A stretch of DNA of 56,699 nucleotides, filler included, from Sluysia triapertura (lineage: Eukaryota), in the NCBI GenBank assembly GCA_046118255.1. It is 4 parts of 4 records of this genome, joined end to end, with 100 filler letters (N's around TTAATTAATTAA, not from the genome) between each part and the next. Parts side by side here need not be neighbours in the genome. Positions count along the whole stretch, not along the records: positions 1 to 15,567 come from JBJNIA010224684.1; 3 more parts are not named here. One strand, 5' to 3'. A program made the position numbers and the translations under genes. How positions within the stretch are numbered: the first letter of the stretch is position 1; each line of letters begins with the position of its first letter. Shown here piece by piece: positions 1 to 11,858 of this stretch. The notes under the pieces were generated by a model that was not told the origin of the DNA, ran no database searches, and saw only the letters and a list, made by a program, of their open reading frames with translations.

Positions 1-74
1 CTTATTTTATTTACATTGTAAAATAGTGCGATATTACATCTACATCTACGGTTAATATATATTTCATTATATGG

Positions 75-148
75 AGGGGGTCGTTTAAAATTTCCTAAGC
101 TTGAAGGGGGTCGCTATATAAAAAAGTTTAAGAAGCCCTGATTTATAC
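75..148. mobile_element. Terminus of a hAT (Buster/Charlie-type) DNA transposon or MITE
   Basis: 121-140 read on the minus strand is CAGGGCTTCTTAAACTTTTT, a typical Charlie/Buster TIR. Subterminal AGGGGGTCG repeats lie inside it. The flanking 8-mer ATTTATAC fits the nnnTAnnn target consensus. The other end is outside the window. Confidence 0.6.
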
Positions 149-1723
149 CATAAAAGTTTATTTTTTCATTTTTATTACACATCGTAGAGATTTGTTATCA
201 GTAGATTTAAATGCGAATTAAAATAGGAAAAAAATTGAAAATGTTTTAGTACAAAATATATGATGAGAAGAAGAGGTGTGCCCTAAATATAACATGTATA
301 ATTTGCAAATTAGGATTAGAAGACCAGTAATAGATACATTCTGACATGGTGGTGGCTCAATTTATTACTCATAATTTTATTATTTCACCAGTACACAATC
401 ATCGAACAACTCTTAAAATATTTAATGAAACCTTCTTAGAGAATCCAATAGTCATTTTTACAAACCTTACCAAACCTTTTAACACGCAGTGTTACTCGAT
501 AAAGAAAAAATCAATACAAAATTCAGGCCTCATTATTATTATTATTATTATCAATATTGTCACAAACCAATGGAATAAATTGGCTACATTAGTTATTGTG
601 CAGCATTACTGATATTAGTCACAATTTTTATGGTTAGATAAAAGTGAATCAAACAGTTGGGTGATTCCTTTTAGTAATTCATTTATATCTGTTATTTTTC
701 TTCTAGTTGCAACCTAATCAAAAAATTGTCACATAATTCACTTGAAGTTCGAAAAATGAAGTTAATTATGGATAAATCTAATAGGTAATATAGAGTTCTT
801 CTTAAGTTTAAGACTAAATATTACGAAAGCTATAAAATTCAGATTAAATACAGTTGACAAAGAAATGGTTGAAAATAGATTCTAAATCAATCCAGATCCA
901 TAAATGAACAAAATTCGATGACATGAAACTACAAAATTTTACTTTAATTCAAAGCAAGAATGCATTCACGAAAGTATTATTAGGATGAAGAACGTTACCG
1001 TTTTCGTCATAATCCATAGTGAAATTAATTTGTGAGAATTTCAAATTTAGTAAAATCCTTTTTTACACTGACATTATCATCAGAAAGTACAATGCATTTT
1101 GTTCTAAATTCAAATTTGTTCAAAGTTCTGACAAAGTAGCATTAATAAACGCTTCTATCTAAATGACCGAATATAATAACTATTAGAGCATATTAAAGCA
1201 CAAACAAAAATTCGAAATTCAATCTGTTAGTCCAGAAACATTACTTAATTCATTAATTATACATTAGAATGATTATTTGAGATGCACGTTCAATAAATGT
1301 TATAATAATACCACCAGGAATTTTGTAAGTGTTTGTCAATAAGTGAAACATTTAAAAAACTTTAAACAGAAATTACATTCGTAAAATTATGCACTTCCAG
1401 AACCAACATCAACCATATAAAAGATGACTCACAACAATTCAGAATATCTATAGACTTTTGTAATCGATTTTATTTTAATAGAATCGTAATGAAACAAAAT
1501 CAATAAAATAGTCCAAAAATCAATCAATATCCAACTAAAATTCATCGTCTGAAAATACATCTTTTCCATCTAGTTTACGCTATCAATTTTGGGAACTCGA
1601 CAAATATGAACACAGAAAATGAGGTAATGATTAAGCTATAATTATTTATATTCATTATTTTATATGAATAAATACAAACTAACTTGACTTTGTCTGCGAC
1701 ACAACTTTTCGTTTTTTATCGAC

Positions 1724-1851
1724 NNNNNNNNNNNNNNNNNNNNNNNNNNNNNNNNNNNNNNNNNNNNNNNNNNNNNNNNNNNNNNNNNNNNNNNNNNNNN
1801 NNNNNNNNNNNNNNNNNNNNNNNNNNNNNNNNNNNNNNNNNNNNNNNNNNN
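1724..1851. other. Assembly gap (N run)
   Basis: Run of N. Confidence 1.
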
Positions 1852-3131
1852 ACATAAGATAATCAATAAGTCTCTTTCTGATATTAAAGTCATTATAATG
1901 TTTGTGCCAACTTTATTTAACCAATAAAATTAGTAATATTTAATATTATTCGACTAGTTTATGCTCCATTATTTTCAGTGCTACTAATCAACCGAACAAA
2001 AAAGACATCAAATTTAAGACTGATATTTCGGCATTCTTCCTAAATGAGCGTCTGCAACTTTCTGTATCTCGCGAATGAAGGATATTTCCATAGTGAAACT
2101 TTAAAAAAAACTTCATAAATAAAATAAACACAGTTTTAATAACAAAATGTATTCTTCTGTTTCTTATAAATTAAATATTATAAAAACAATAGTTCTGATT
2201 CTTTAGCAAAACAATAAAGAAAAATTAACAAAATTAAATTTTAATTCTTTATATCAAAAGTGCAATATATTAATATATTTCACTTATGTGAAATATTAAC
2301 AATTTTTCAACACGTCGCTGTTATTTAATAGCTGCTATTTCGCGATTGTGATAGCAGTGTCTGCTAACGTTATTTTCAATTAACAGCTAACAAATAGCAG
2401 AATACCAAAAATCATAACGTCTCTAGTGCACATGTATAATTGATTTATGAATTTGTTAATATATTTGCGTTGAAATTATATTCTTGATGATTATTCACAT
2501 CAAGAACGTAAATTATGGAATTAGATGATTGAATTACTTGAATTGGTAAAAAACAAAAGATATTCAAAGAAACAACAAAACTTTGTAAAATCTAACAATT
2601 TTAAAAAGTTTGCGCACCTTTGAATTAAGCTAAATACGCGCCTGGAACATAAAAAGTTGTTAATTTAAGTTTTGAAAATGTACTTAATTTTTGTAAATTT
2701 TAATTTAATTAGTGTCAATATATATATATATATATAAACAAATTATAAAATTTTGGCTGTTTTGAAAACTTAGATTTTCTGCAGCAGAAGTATCACAAAT
2801 TACTTCTGAAATTGAAAGAAAATGCTAATACGAACCATAAAGCTGCACAAAGATAGTATCGATTATTTAGCGGTGAAATAACCAGATCAATGGAATTAGT
2901 GCACAATTTTGATTTTAATTTAAAAAACATAATGAACATATCAATATATTTAAATGTCACAGAAGTTATAGGAAATATTACTGCATGTTATAGGAAATGG
3001 TTACTGCATGTTGGATACGATAAACAAATTCTCTTCTAGTTTTTGATGTACTACGATTATTAAAAAATGGTTCGATTAAATTCTAGCTTAAATATAATGG
3101 TGTAAAAAGAGATTAAAAAATTGTGGCGACA

Positions 3132-3597
3132 TTAAATAATTCTGCTAATTGTATGGTATTCATGATAAATAACTATAGATATATTAAAACCTGCATCTAT
3201 GTCTGGCATAGGTATATTTTCTAATGATATATTATCTGGTATTGGAATGTCTTCTGGTTTAATAATATCTTCATCTTTCTGTTTTTTGCTTTGTTGCAGC
3301 ACTGTATCAACTGTAGTGGTAGTTGTGTCTACAGGTGTTATCGATGATGTTCTAACTGCTTCGGCTTTCTTCACTTTCTGTTTGACTTCATTCTCATTCG
3401 ACTCTATGGTATTCTTTTTCGGAGTAACACTGTTAGAAGACAAATAGCCATCAGTCGAAGTTATAGTACTAGTTGTTTTCGAATAAACATCACTGTTGAA
3501 ATTAATACCACCGTGCTTATTTTCTAGATTGTGAGTTTCATCAAATTTAGGTCTAAAAAGTAAATTAGTGCTATTCGTAAGTAATTGCAATTTGAAG
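3132..3597 (-). CDS. DIDO1/PHF3-like gene, exon downstream of SPOC (low-complexity C-terminal region)
   Basis: Acceptor TTGTTAG|C at 3598/3597 is phase-2 compatible with the preceding exon. The frame is open to the stop at 3132, but the exon may instead end at a CAG|GTTTTA donor near 3191. Confidence 0.7.
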
Positions 3598-3704
3598 CTA
3601 ACAATTATAAAATTATAAATTCAGGTTCGATCTAACAATATTTTAATACGAAATTACAATTATTTGAATAATTTCCAAAAATATCTAAACAATAAAAAAC
3701 TCAC

Positions 3705-3988
3705 GAAATAGGATTGAAGTGCACCAATTCAGAAAGTGGAGTTCGAACAATAATTAAAAGTAACAAATGTGGTCTTTTTCGTTCCAAACCGGGTCCATTA
3801 AATGGTAACAAATAAGTGGGCAATTTTGCGTGCGCATTCAGAGGATAAATGTAACAATCTTTTAATCCGCATCTCTTGTGATTTGTAACTCCACAACGAT
3901 TGCGAGAATATAGTTCTTGGAAAATCTGCTGGTACGATTGACGCCCGATCTCCAAGTTAGCTGGATGCAGACGAAACACAATAAATTC
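3705..3988 (-). CDS. DIDO1/PHF3-like gene exon, C-terminal half of SPOC domain
   Basis: EFIVFRLHP...ELYSRNRCGV...LKDCYIYPL...LLPFNGPGLERKRPHLLLLIIVR matches the DIDO1/PHF3 SPOC C-terminus. Splice sites are AAG|GAA (phase 0) and TC|GTGAGT (phase 2). Confidence 0.9.
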
Positions 3989-4372
3989 CTTAATTAAAAC
4001 ACACAATCATTTATAATAGTAATACCAAAGGTTCGTAGAAAAATTCAAAGATCGCGTAACACTTAAAATATTTCTTTAAAATATTAGCTGTCTTCCGAAT
4101 TGGAAATGACTTATTCGAGTAAATATCTCCTGTGTGAAGATAGAGGTTGAGCATCATTCAGTTATTCTTCTTTAAGTGAAAGATGAAATCTTGAAAACTA
4201 AAGCTAACTTTTCCATATTTCTTATTTAAATTGTCTACTTCCTTTATAATCAGTATATATTTCACAAATTCGTTTTCTATTTTGCATACTAAACTAGCGT
4301 TCTTTGAAGATCACTACTTAAGTTTTGTTGTTTGACATCACTATTACTATTTTTATATTTAAGAAAACTTAC

Positions 4373-4906
4373 TTTGTTACTATGCTTACGCAACTTCTTC
4401 AAATAGTCTTCCACTACAGTCATTTTTACTCGCCCATGTAAATTGATTTCCCTACCAATATTTGCAGATAAATTGATTATTTTCTTCAAATTTTCTTGAT
4501 CCTCTTTTGAATTATGTTTATTTTGTTGATTTCCCAATAATAAACGAGAAACTAGAAATGCTTTGCATTCCACAGAACCTATTTCACGATAAACCACAGT
4601 ACCAATCCACATAGGAACTAATTTATTCCTCGGTTGTTGTAGTTGCTGTTGCTGCTGTTGAAATGATTTATTTTCATTGGTCTTAACTACTGTTTGCTGC
4701 TGCTGATTGGACTCAAACGATAATTTGTTTTGTGACTTGATAGGTGTTCTGCTATTCTCTGTCGAATATTCAGGTTGCTCTTCGGATTCCGATATATCCA
4801 TGTCGATGAGGATTTCCGGTGTACGGACTGATGTGGTTACCTTGTCTTCATCGTTGATTTCTGGTGGAGGACTTTCTTTTGATTTTGGTTTGTGTTTATC
4901 AGCAAC
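4373..4906 (-). CDS. DIDO1/PHF3-like gene exon, linker plus N-terminal half of SPOC domain
   Basis: WIGTV...CKAFLVS...INLHGRVKMTVVEDYLKKL is the SPOC N-half. TTTAG|GTT acceptor and AAA|GTAAGT donor are both phase 0. Confidence 0.85.
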
Positions 4907-6173
4907 CTAAATAAAATTTTATAAAAATGTTCTGGTAATAAACATAAAATACTAAAAAATTGAAGATATGAATACCGACTTAAATCCGCGGAACGGTCTG
5001 AACAGTCATACAACTTGCATCTATAATGCAAGATAATCCAAAAATTTCCTTGTCCTTGCTTTTTAGTCTGCGAGACGCTATAACTTAAAAAAATTTATCA
5101 CCACCATTAAAATCCAAAAGAAATGACAAAAATGAACTTTCTATTTTGTTGAAACTCTTCCGCAACATTTCTGTACTTATATTAGTGACTAACTAAAGGT
5201 AATTGTCGAGTTTGACTCATCTCAGAGTGCTGATGAATTATCATTGAAGTTAGGTTTTAACAGAGAAACAATATTAACTAATTTAGCTAAAATCGGTAAA
5301 GTGAAAAAGTACATAAATAGATTCCATATAAACTGAATGAAAAGCAGAAAAAGTTTGGAAGCTTGCTTAATGTCCTAAATCGGATCCATTATTTTTGAGT
5401 CGAATTTTCGAAATGACAATCGCAAACGTTAGACACAGTGGTTGGACATTCCAAAGCGCATTAGTAATCAATAGAAGCTGATAGCAAGATATGATCATTT
5501 ATGATTTCAAGAAAGTGACATCAATATTAAAAATTGAAATTATTATTCTACTACGTCTAACTGGAAGATGGTGGCATGTAGGGCACTTAGAAACGTATTT
5601 ACAAAATTATTAACTTTTAAACTATCAAACAAGTAATAAGGAGGCTTAATCAACACAACTTTGAGACAAGCTAAACTACGATTAAAATCTGATAAAAATT
5701 GTTGAAAGTTTCCAAATTTCTGTTGACTAATTTCATCAACATCCACTCATTTTACTAGAAGTATCATAATCATCTACTCCATGACTTATGAATACTTGAA
5801 TTACAGGTAATTATTTCATTCATTTTTAGACTTAATCTTACTTTATGTTTAAAGGTTTTATTAAAGTTTTAAAATTATTCAGTGCTTCATAAGACATTCA
5901 CATTCACCACTGTAGTTCCTTTTTCTAATTCTTTATTTTAATTATTAATGTATCAAATTTATCTTTAATATTAGTAAGAATGATTTTGTCTTTCAAATAT
6001 TCTAAAAACTTCAACTACTATTCTTAAATGACCATCAGAGTTCAAGATTAGTAAGTCAATAAGGTCTTAAGTGTCTCAAAGTTCACAAATATGTTAGATT
6101 GTACTTTATTGTGTATATATTTTTATATCATTTCTCTAATAATAATTAATTTGTAAATAATAATAATAATAAT

Positions 6174-6532
6174 TGTAGCAGCCATACCCATTACTCAAAA
6201 TTTTGACCCTTCGTAATACACCAACATAAACAACTACACAACCACATAACACTTAAATCACTCAAAACATTAAAATTCAATAAACTCATGTTTAAAATCT
6301 ATCAAAAAAATGAAATGAAATTTCTATAAAAACATCATTCACTTCTCTTAATTCTTTTTTATAACTCACTCATTTATTACTCATTCTCACTTCTCTTTTT
6401 TCGCCATCATACCCACTTTTTAATCATGAACGTCTTGTTCATCACCATGATCGTTTAGAATATCATTATAACTATCATTTACATATTCTAAATACTTGCC
6501 TACCGCACAGCAGGACCGCTACTAAGCTGCAC
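6174..6532 (+). mobile_element. C/A-skewed LTR-like segment
   Basis: Starts TGTAGCAGCCATACCCAT, is strongly C/A-rich and G-poor, and ends near AAGCTGCACA. The start motif recurs at 11859, 41415, 54921(-) and 56422. Confidence 0.45.
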
Positions 6533-6562
6533 AAAATTGAAGATCATATTAATTTAATAGAT

Positions 6563-7420
6563 TTGGAAAATGAGAACAGAGTCATTGAAGAACATGATCA
6601 AAACATAACTGTCAGTGACAATTTTACATCAATATCAACAAACTCTGGTGTTGGTAACAGTAGTCAAAGTAATGTATGTCAACGAAGACCACTTGCAAAT
6701 AATAATGAAAATGGTGAATCACAGATAAAAGAACCGGACCGTGTGTCAAAAGTATGTCAGCATTCAATTACCGGATAACAAAAAGAAGTAAGCGCAAAAT
6801 GTTCAGAAATGCTAGATCCGAAATTAGTACCTAAATTAAGTGTTGATCAATTGTCGGATTATAAAGTGATATCACAATTGATTTATGAGACATAAATAAA
6901 AAGAAAAATTCTAATAATAATGGTAATAATGTTAAACAATAAAAAGTTCTTGCACAAATGTACAATTAAAAGAAAAAACTATAGATAATTTATTGGGCAA
7001 CGAGAACATTAAAACAAATGATATTTATCATATAATAACTGAAAAGATGATATTGAAAATGCAGAGAAAATAAATAAAGATATTCGCAAAGAACACAGCG
7101 AGTAGAAAAGCACTGTTAATAATAGGGATATTGAAATAGTAAAAAAAATAACATCGAATTGTTAAAAGATAATAAAATGGAAAATCAGTTAAAAAGTAGA
7201 AAACAATGTAAATGAAAAGTATTGTAAAATTTTACCGAACGATAAAGAACATATCGAAAATAATCAAAATGAATCTGAAATAAACAAAGTTGTTGCACAA
7301 ATTACAAATTTGGTCGATATTGTTGATGATATAGAATCAAAGACAAATGAAAACGAAAATATGTTTGTTAGTACTAAATCTAAATTAAATGGTTTAATAT
7401 TAAAATTTCAGATCTAATAA
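6563..7420 (+). pseudogene. Decayed N/E/K-rich gag-like ORF of a mobile element
   Basis: Fragmented coding-like frames (e.g. 6563-6778) directly follow the LTR-like segment, with many stops and frameshifts. No diagnostic motif. Confidence 0.3.
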
Positions 7421-8240
7421 TAAATTAATAGTAATAATCATAAATTACTATTAATAATAATAACTATAATAATAAAATGTTCATTTTTTATTTAACTGCA
7501 ACGCAAAAAGTTGCAAAATTCTGCCATATATTAGGACTACTAAAATTAGTAGTCCTCCACAAGTCTACCACAATTTTTAGATAGAATACAATATATTTTG
7601 GCAACCATTATTTCAGAAGCACATGAACTTATAATCATCAAAAGTTAATGTTAATTACTCAACTAGACGAGTATTTACTAATCTCGATGTCGATGAATTT
7701 GATGATATTAAATCAAGTTGTAAAGTTATTTTAATATTTATACAAAATGATTATTTTACTAATTCTACCATTATTAAATCTATATATTTTAGAAATTCCG
7801 AAATATTAACCACTTATGACACAGTGGAATTGAAAGATGTTAGGAATCATGCTAAAAACCATGAATTATTCAGTCAATGAAGTCGGTACCAGCAACAAAG
7901 GCTCACGTGACAGTTACATTAGTTTCATGCAATGGCTTACATCTGATATTCCTAATCCTATGGTGAAATGTGACGATGTGATGAAAGATTATACATGGTC
8001 TGTCTAATCCTGAACGATCGATGCACATCGTGCGAAGTAAAGCTTTCTTAATTCTCTTTCTTCTTCTGTCTTTAATGATAATGAATCATTACATTTCCAT
8101 CTCTCAATGTGTCAGTGTTTAATAGATTAGTTTCGAAGTCTCATTTCAATGATATTTTGTTTTTCAAAGAATATAATATAATTATTTATGTTAAAACTAA
8201 TTTTAGTAATAAAATAATTCTATAATAACTTTCAACCTAA

Positions 8241-8241
<1 letters not shown>

Positions 8242-8303
<62 letters not shown>
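8242..8303. repeat. (AAT)n microsatellite
   Basis: Perfect trinucleotide run. Confidence 0.95.
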
Positions 8304-8304
<1 letters not shown>

Positions 8305-10091
8305 TTTTATTGAGATTAGAAATTGAAATATTGAATTGAAATATTAATGGATTGTTAATTGAAATATTATATTTTTGTAAAAGTATGTATCTCGTTTTTA
8401 ATGGATTTTTTAAAGAATCCATTTTAATGGATTGAATTAATGGAATTTTAAAATTAGAATATTTTAAACTACAATATTAATGAACTTTTAATTACAATAT
8501 TTTATTATGAAAACGCTACTAAAGAAGCAGCAGTAACATAATTTGATTTGAATAAATACATTAGTGAAGTACCAACAATTTTAACGTATTCAGTAATTGT
8601 CTTTCTGAGGTTCAAAGAAGGAAATTTAGACATAATCACTATGAGATTATTATCGAGCTAAAAGCCTGAATTCTTATACGTAAGTTTTATGCTTCATTTA
8701 CTTGAGGTACAATTTTATCACTTAAAATATTTTTATTTAGGCTGGCTTAGACTAGTCACCAACTTCGTTTTAAAGTCAATTTATATTTCACTATGGGTAA
8801 AATTATAGTGTTATAATATTTTATAATTTATTATTATCATGCTTTTTAAGTTTATTGAATATTATATGTAAACGTAATTTAGCTTATTGACTTTGATTTT
8901 TTGTGTTGTTCAAAAGCGTCCTCCGTTAAAAGTTTAGTGACCTGATTTTGATATTTCGTTGGAAGGAATGAACAAATATAAATAAAATAAAAACTCGATA
9001 TTTAATAATTCCCAGAAGTACGTCCTTTTACATAAAAGATAAACCGTGTACTATAGGAGAACCCATTTAAAATAATTTTGCGTATAGGAATTTAATTTTT
9101 AATAAAAATCCTATCTTAATACCTCTAGGTTTTTAATATATTTTAGTATAATTAAAGGATTCAGCCCAGACATTAATAAAAGATTTACATTCATCAAATA
9201 TTCATTACCAAACAATTACAAGATCAACACATGGCAATTCTTACAACTTCGCACGTTTCATCTTCTATATCATGTCAGCAACACTGTGGCATTTAAACAT
9301 ATCCATTTTAAAACATTTTCAGTATTTAACATTCAATTTTCATTTTCATTCTCTGTACCAGCGGATGAAATAAAATAACAGATTCAGTAGTTATCTCATA
9401 TAAAAACTGTAATATCAAGATAAACTCCTCGAATAAAAAATACATTTGTTAGAATATTAGCTGTAATCAGTCATGATAATGTTTACGCCAACTATCGGAT
9501 GTACAGGAGTAAAGAGGCGAGAGTGATGATTTGTGAGTGCATGATCTAGGACAAGATGTTTTTCAAACTAAATAACGAACTGAAAACAAATTGTTCCATG
9601 CAGTTCAACATAGTAAATGAAACCTTTTACCTTACTATCAATGAGTATTTTATATTGAATATGTCATTTTAGTTTTCTCTTGTACTATATAAATCGCATT
9701 ATTCTAGTTGATTTTTCAAGAGTTTGGATCACTCCCATTTACTCTTTAAAATTAAACATGACACATCATAAAGTATATAGAGTTATTAAAGTTTTGCAGA
9801 TTAATCGAAATTAAAACAATCAGGACTTTCGAGTAAAAATATACTCTCGATCATTCATTTTAATTGGCATTGGATAGAGGTAAAGCAATAGTAAAGTTTA
9901 AAGTTAGTACTGATACTAATGAAAGCAAAAGACCTCATAAACACCATAAACTGAACACAAATTGCAGTTATTATAGATTGCAAAGAGAAAGAAAAGATCG
10001 AGTAAAGATTTAAAAGAATAAAATGTATCTGTTTTTATATATATTATTATTATATTTATTTATTTTATTACAATTATTATTTTTCCAACCA

Positions 10092-10093
<2 letters not shown>

Positions 10094-10140
<47 letters not shown>
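10094..10140. repeat. (TAT)n microsatellite
   Basis: Perfect trinucleotide run. Confidence 0.9.
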
Positions 10141-10637
10141 TAATTATTATAACTATTATCATTTTAACTGTTTTATTATTATCGTTTTATTACTATCTGA
10201 GCCTAGCCGTCATCAGTGACAGCATTTTAAATAAACTTAAAATGCTGGTTATGTAGCTGTCTACTGATGACATTACACATTAATGAATTGGTACATTGAT
10301 TGTTTGTTACACACACGCTATCGTTTTATTATTTGATTCAATTGATTTGATTGGACGTCCAATCAATCCAATCATTGTATATTTTTATTTCACATTTATC
10401 TGGACATCCAATCACAAATCACATGCAATACACTTATCATTTCACAACGTGACTCTTAAAAATAACTTCACAATTATAAAATTTATTTACCAAACCAATA
10501 AATTAATAAAAATAGGGTAAAAATCGTTTTGAAAGTGTAAATTAACAAATCGGCATCACCAGAATCACAAATGTATACGAAATCTAAATATAATCATTGA
10601 CCTTTACATGGTAGAAATTAATTAATTAAATACTAAC

Positions 10638-11109
10638 TTTATTGCATAATTTGCAATTGATATCATAAAGATGAATACCGTGCAAATGAGTATTATCTGC
10701 TGTCAGTAAATTAACAACAGATGGCAAGTTATTCTTTGTGGTTGCAGTACTTGATTGACCAATTCCTAGATACTTGTGTGACTTTGAGACATTATTCGAA
10801 TGATTCATTACGTTCGAAGATTCATCATCGATTAAAAATGCTGCGCGATACTTTCCATCTGAATTTGAGACGCACATACCAGTTGCTAAATGTTGCGGCG
10901 ATATACGGCAGCGTAGAAAGTCGTGACTTAATTCAGAATCGGTCTTAAGTAAGTGACACAGATCTTTGGCTCGTTGTAAATAATTTGAAGACAAAACACC
11001 ATTATTGATATCATCTTGATAACTCTTGAATAAAGACTCTTCCAGTTGAGCACAAAGTTCCCATATTTGATGGAAATTGAAATATTTATTATTGGATAAA
11101 TTGGAACCT
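10638..11109 (-). CDS. DIDO1/PHF3-like gene exon, TFIIS central domain plus HxxHLxDxNCKxC motif
   Basis: WELCAQLEESLF...YLQRAKDLCHLLK...ISPQHL is TFIIS-M-like. It is followed by DNTHLHGIHLYDINCKLC, matching the DIDO1/PHF3 'HRAHLFDLNCKIC' motif. TTTCAG| acceptor; the AAA|GTTAGT donor (phase 0) joins the 4906 exon in frame. Confidence 0.85.
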
Positions 11110-11858
11110 CTGAAATGTCAATTTTGATTTTTAAATTCATTTTATCTGATGAATTTCATTTATTATAAAAGAATCTACGAACGAGAAAATTTAAATTCAT
11201 ATTCTTTGTAATGGTAAAAATTTTGAAGGACAAAGAAAAAATTAAAACAATACAGGCAAAAACGCAATAGCGATGTATGTCATTTATTATATGTTCAAAT
11301 AAAAGCTTTTAGCAGAATAATAATTATATATTAATCATTCACTACAATAATTCTGAAACAGAAAGAACTTTGTCTTTTTCTTAAATATTTCATGTAATTT
11401 GACACATTCTCTGGTAGCTAGAGTTAGATCGTCAAATTATTCTTCATGCTCCAGATACATATCAATAAGCATACTTAAATTTTATTGCATGTACCTTTGT
11501 GTTACAAGTGAAGATGTTGAAAGAAAAAAATTAATTAATTAGAATGTTAAGACTAAAATTGATTAAAAGCAAAATTCTTAGTTTTAATATTAATACTAAT
11601 TATAAAGATAACTAATACAGTAATAAAACAGCCAAGCGATACAATAGTACATATATAACTACAACACTTAGCAAATGTGCAAAAACTGTCATGCGAAATT
11701 TTTATTTAAAGTCAAAACTGTATATATAACAGTGATGTAATGGTTTGTTGATTATGCATGTAAAAAATTGATTTTTTGGCATAAAAGAAATTAAATTAAA
11801 ATACGGGTAATAAATTAATGAAAAAGGTATAAATTGTATAAATACGGTTAGTTGTCCG

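Noticed and set aside
1300-1430. Minus-strand MVDVGSGSA*...KIPGG resembling a class I SAM methyltransferase
   Set aside because: Two short motifs among stops and frameshifts; not enough support without a search.
2965-3012. 22-23 bp tandem duplication
   Set aside because: Simple local slippage duplication with no further structure.
8237-8422. Poly-Leu, poly-Tyr and poly-Ile ORFs (also 10023, 15612, 27208, 27331)
   Set aside because: Translations of (AAT/TAT)n microsatellites.
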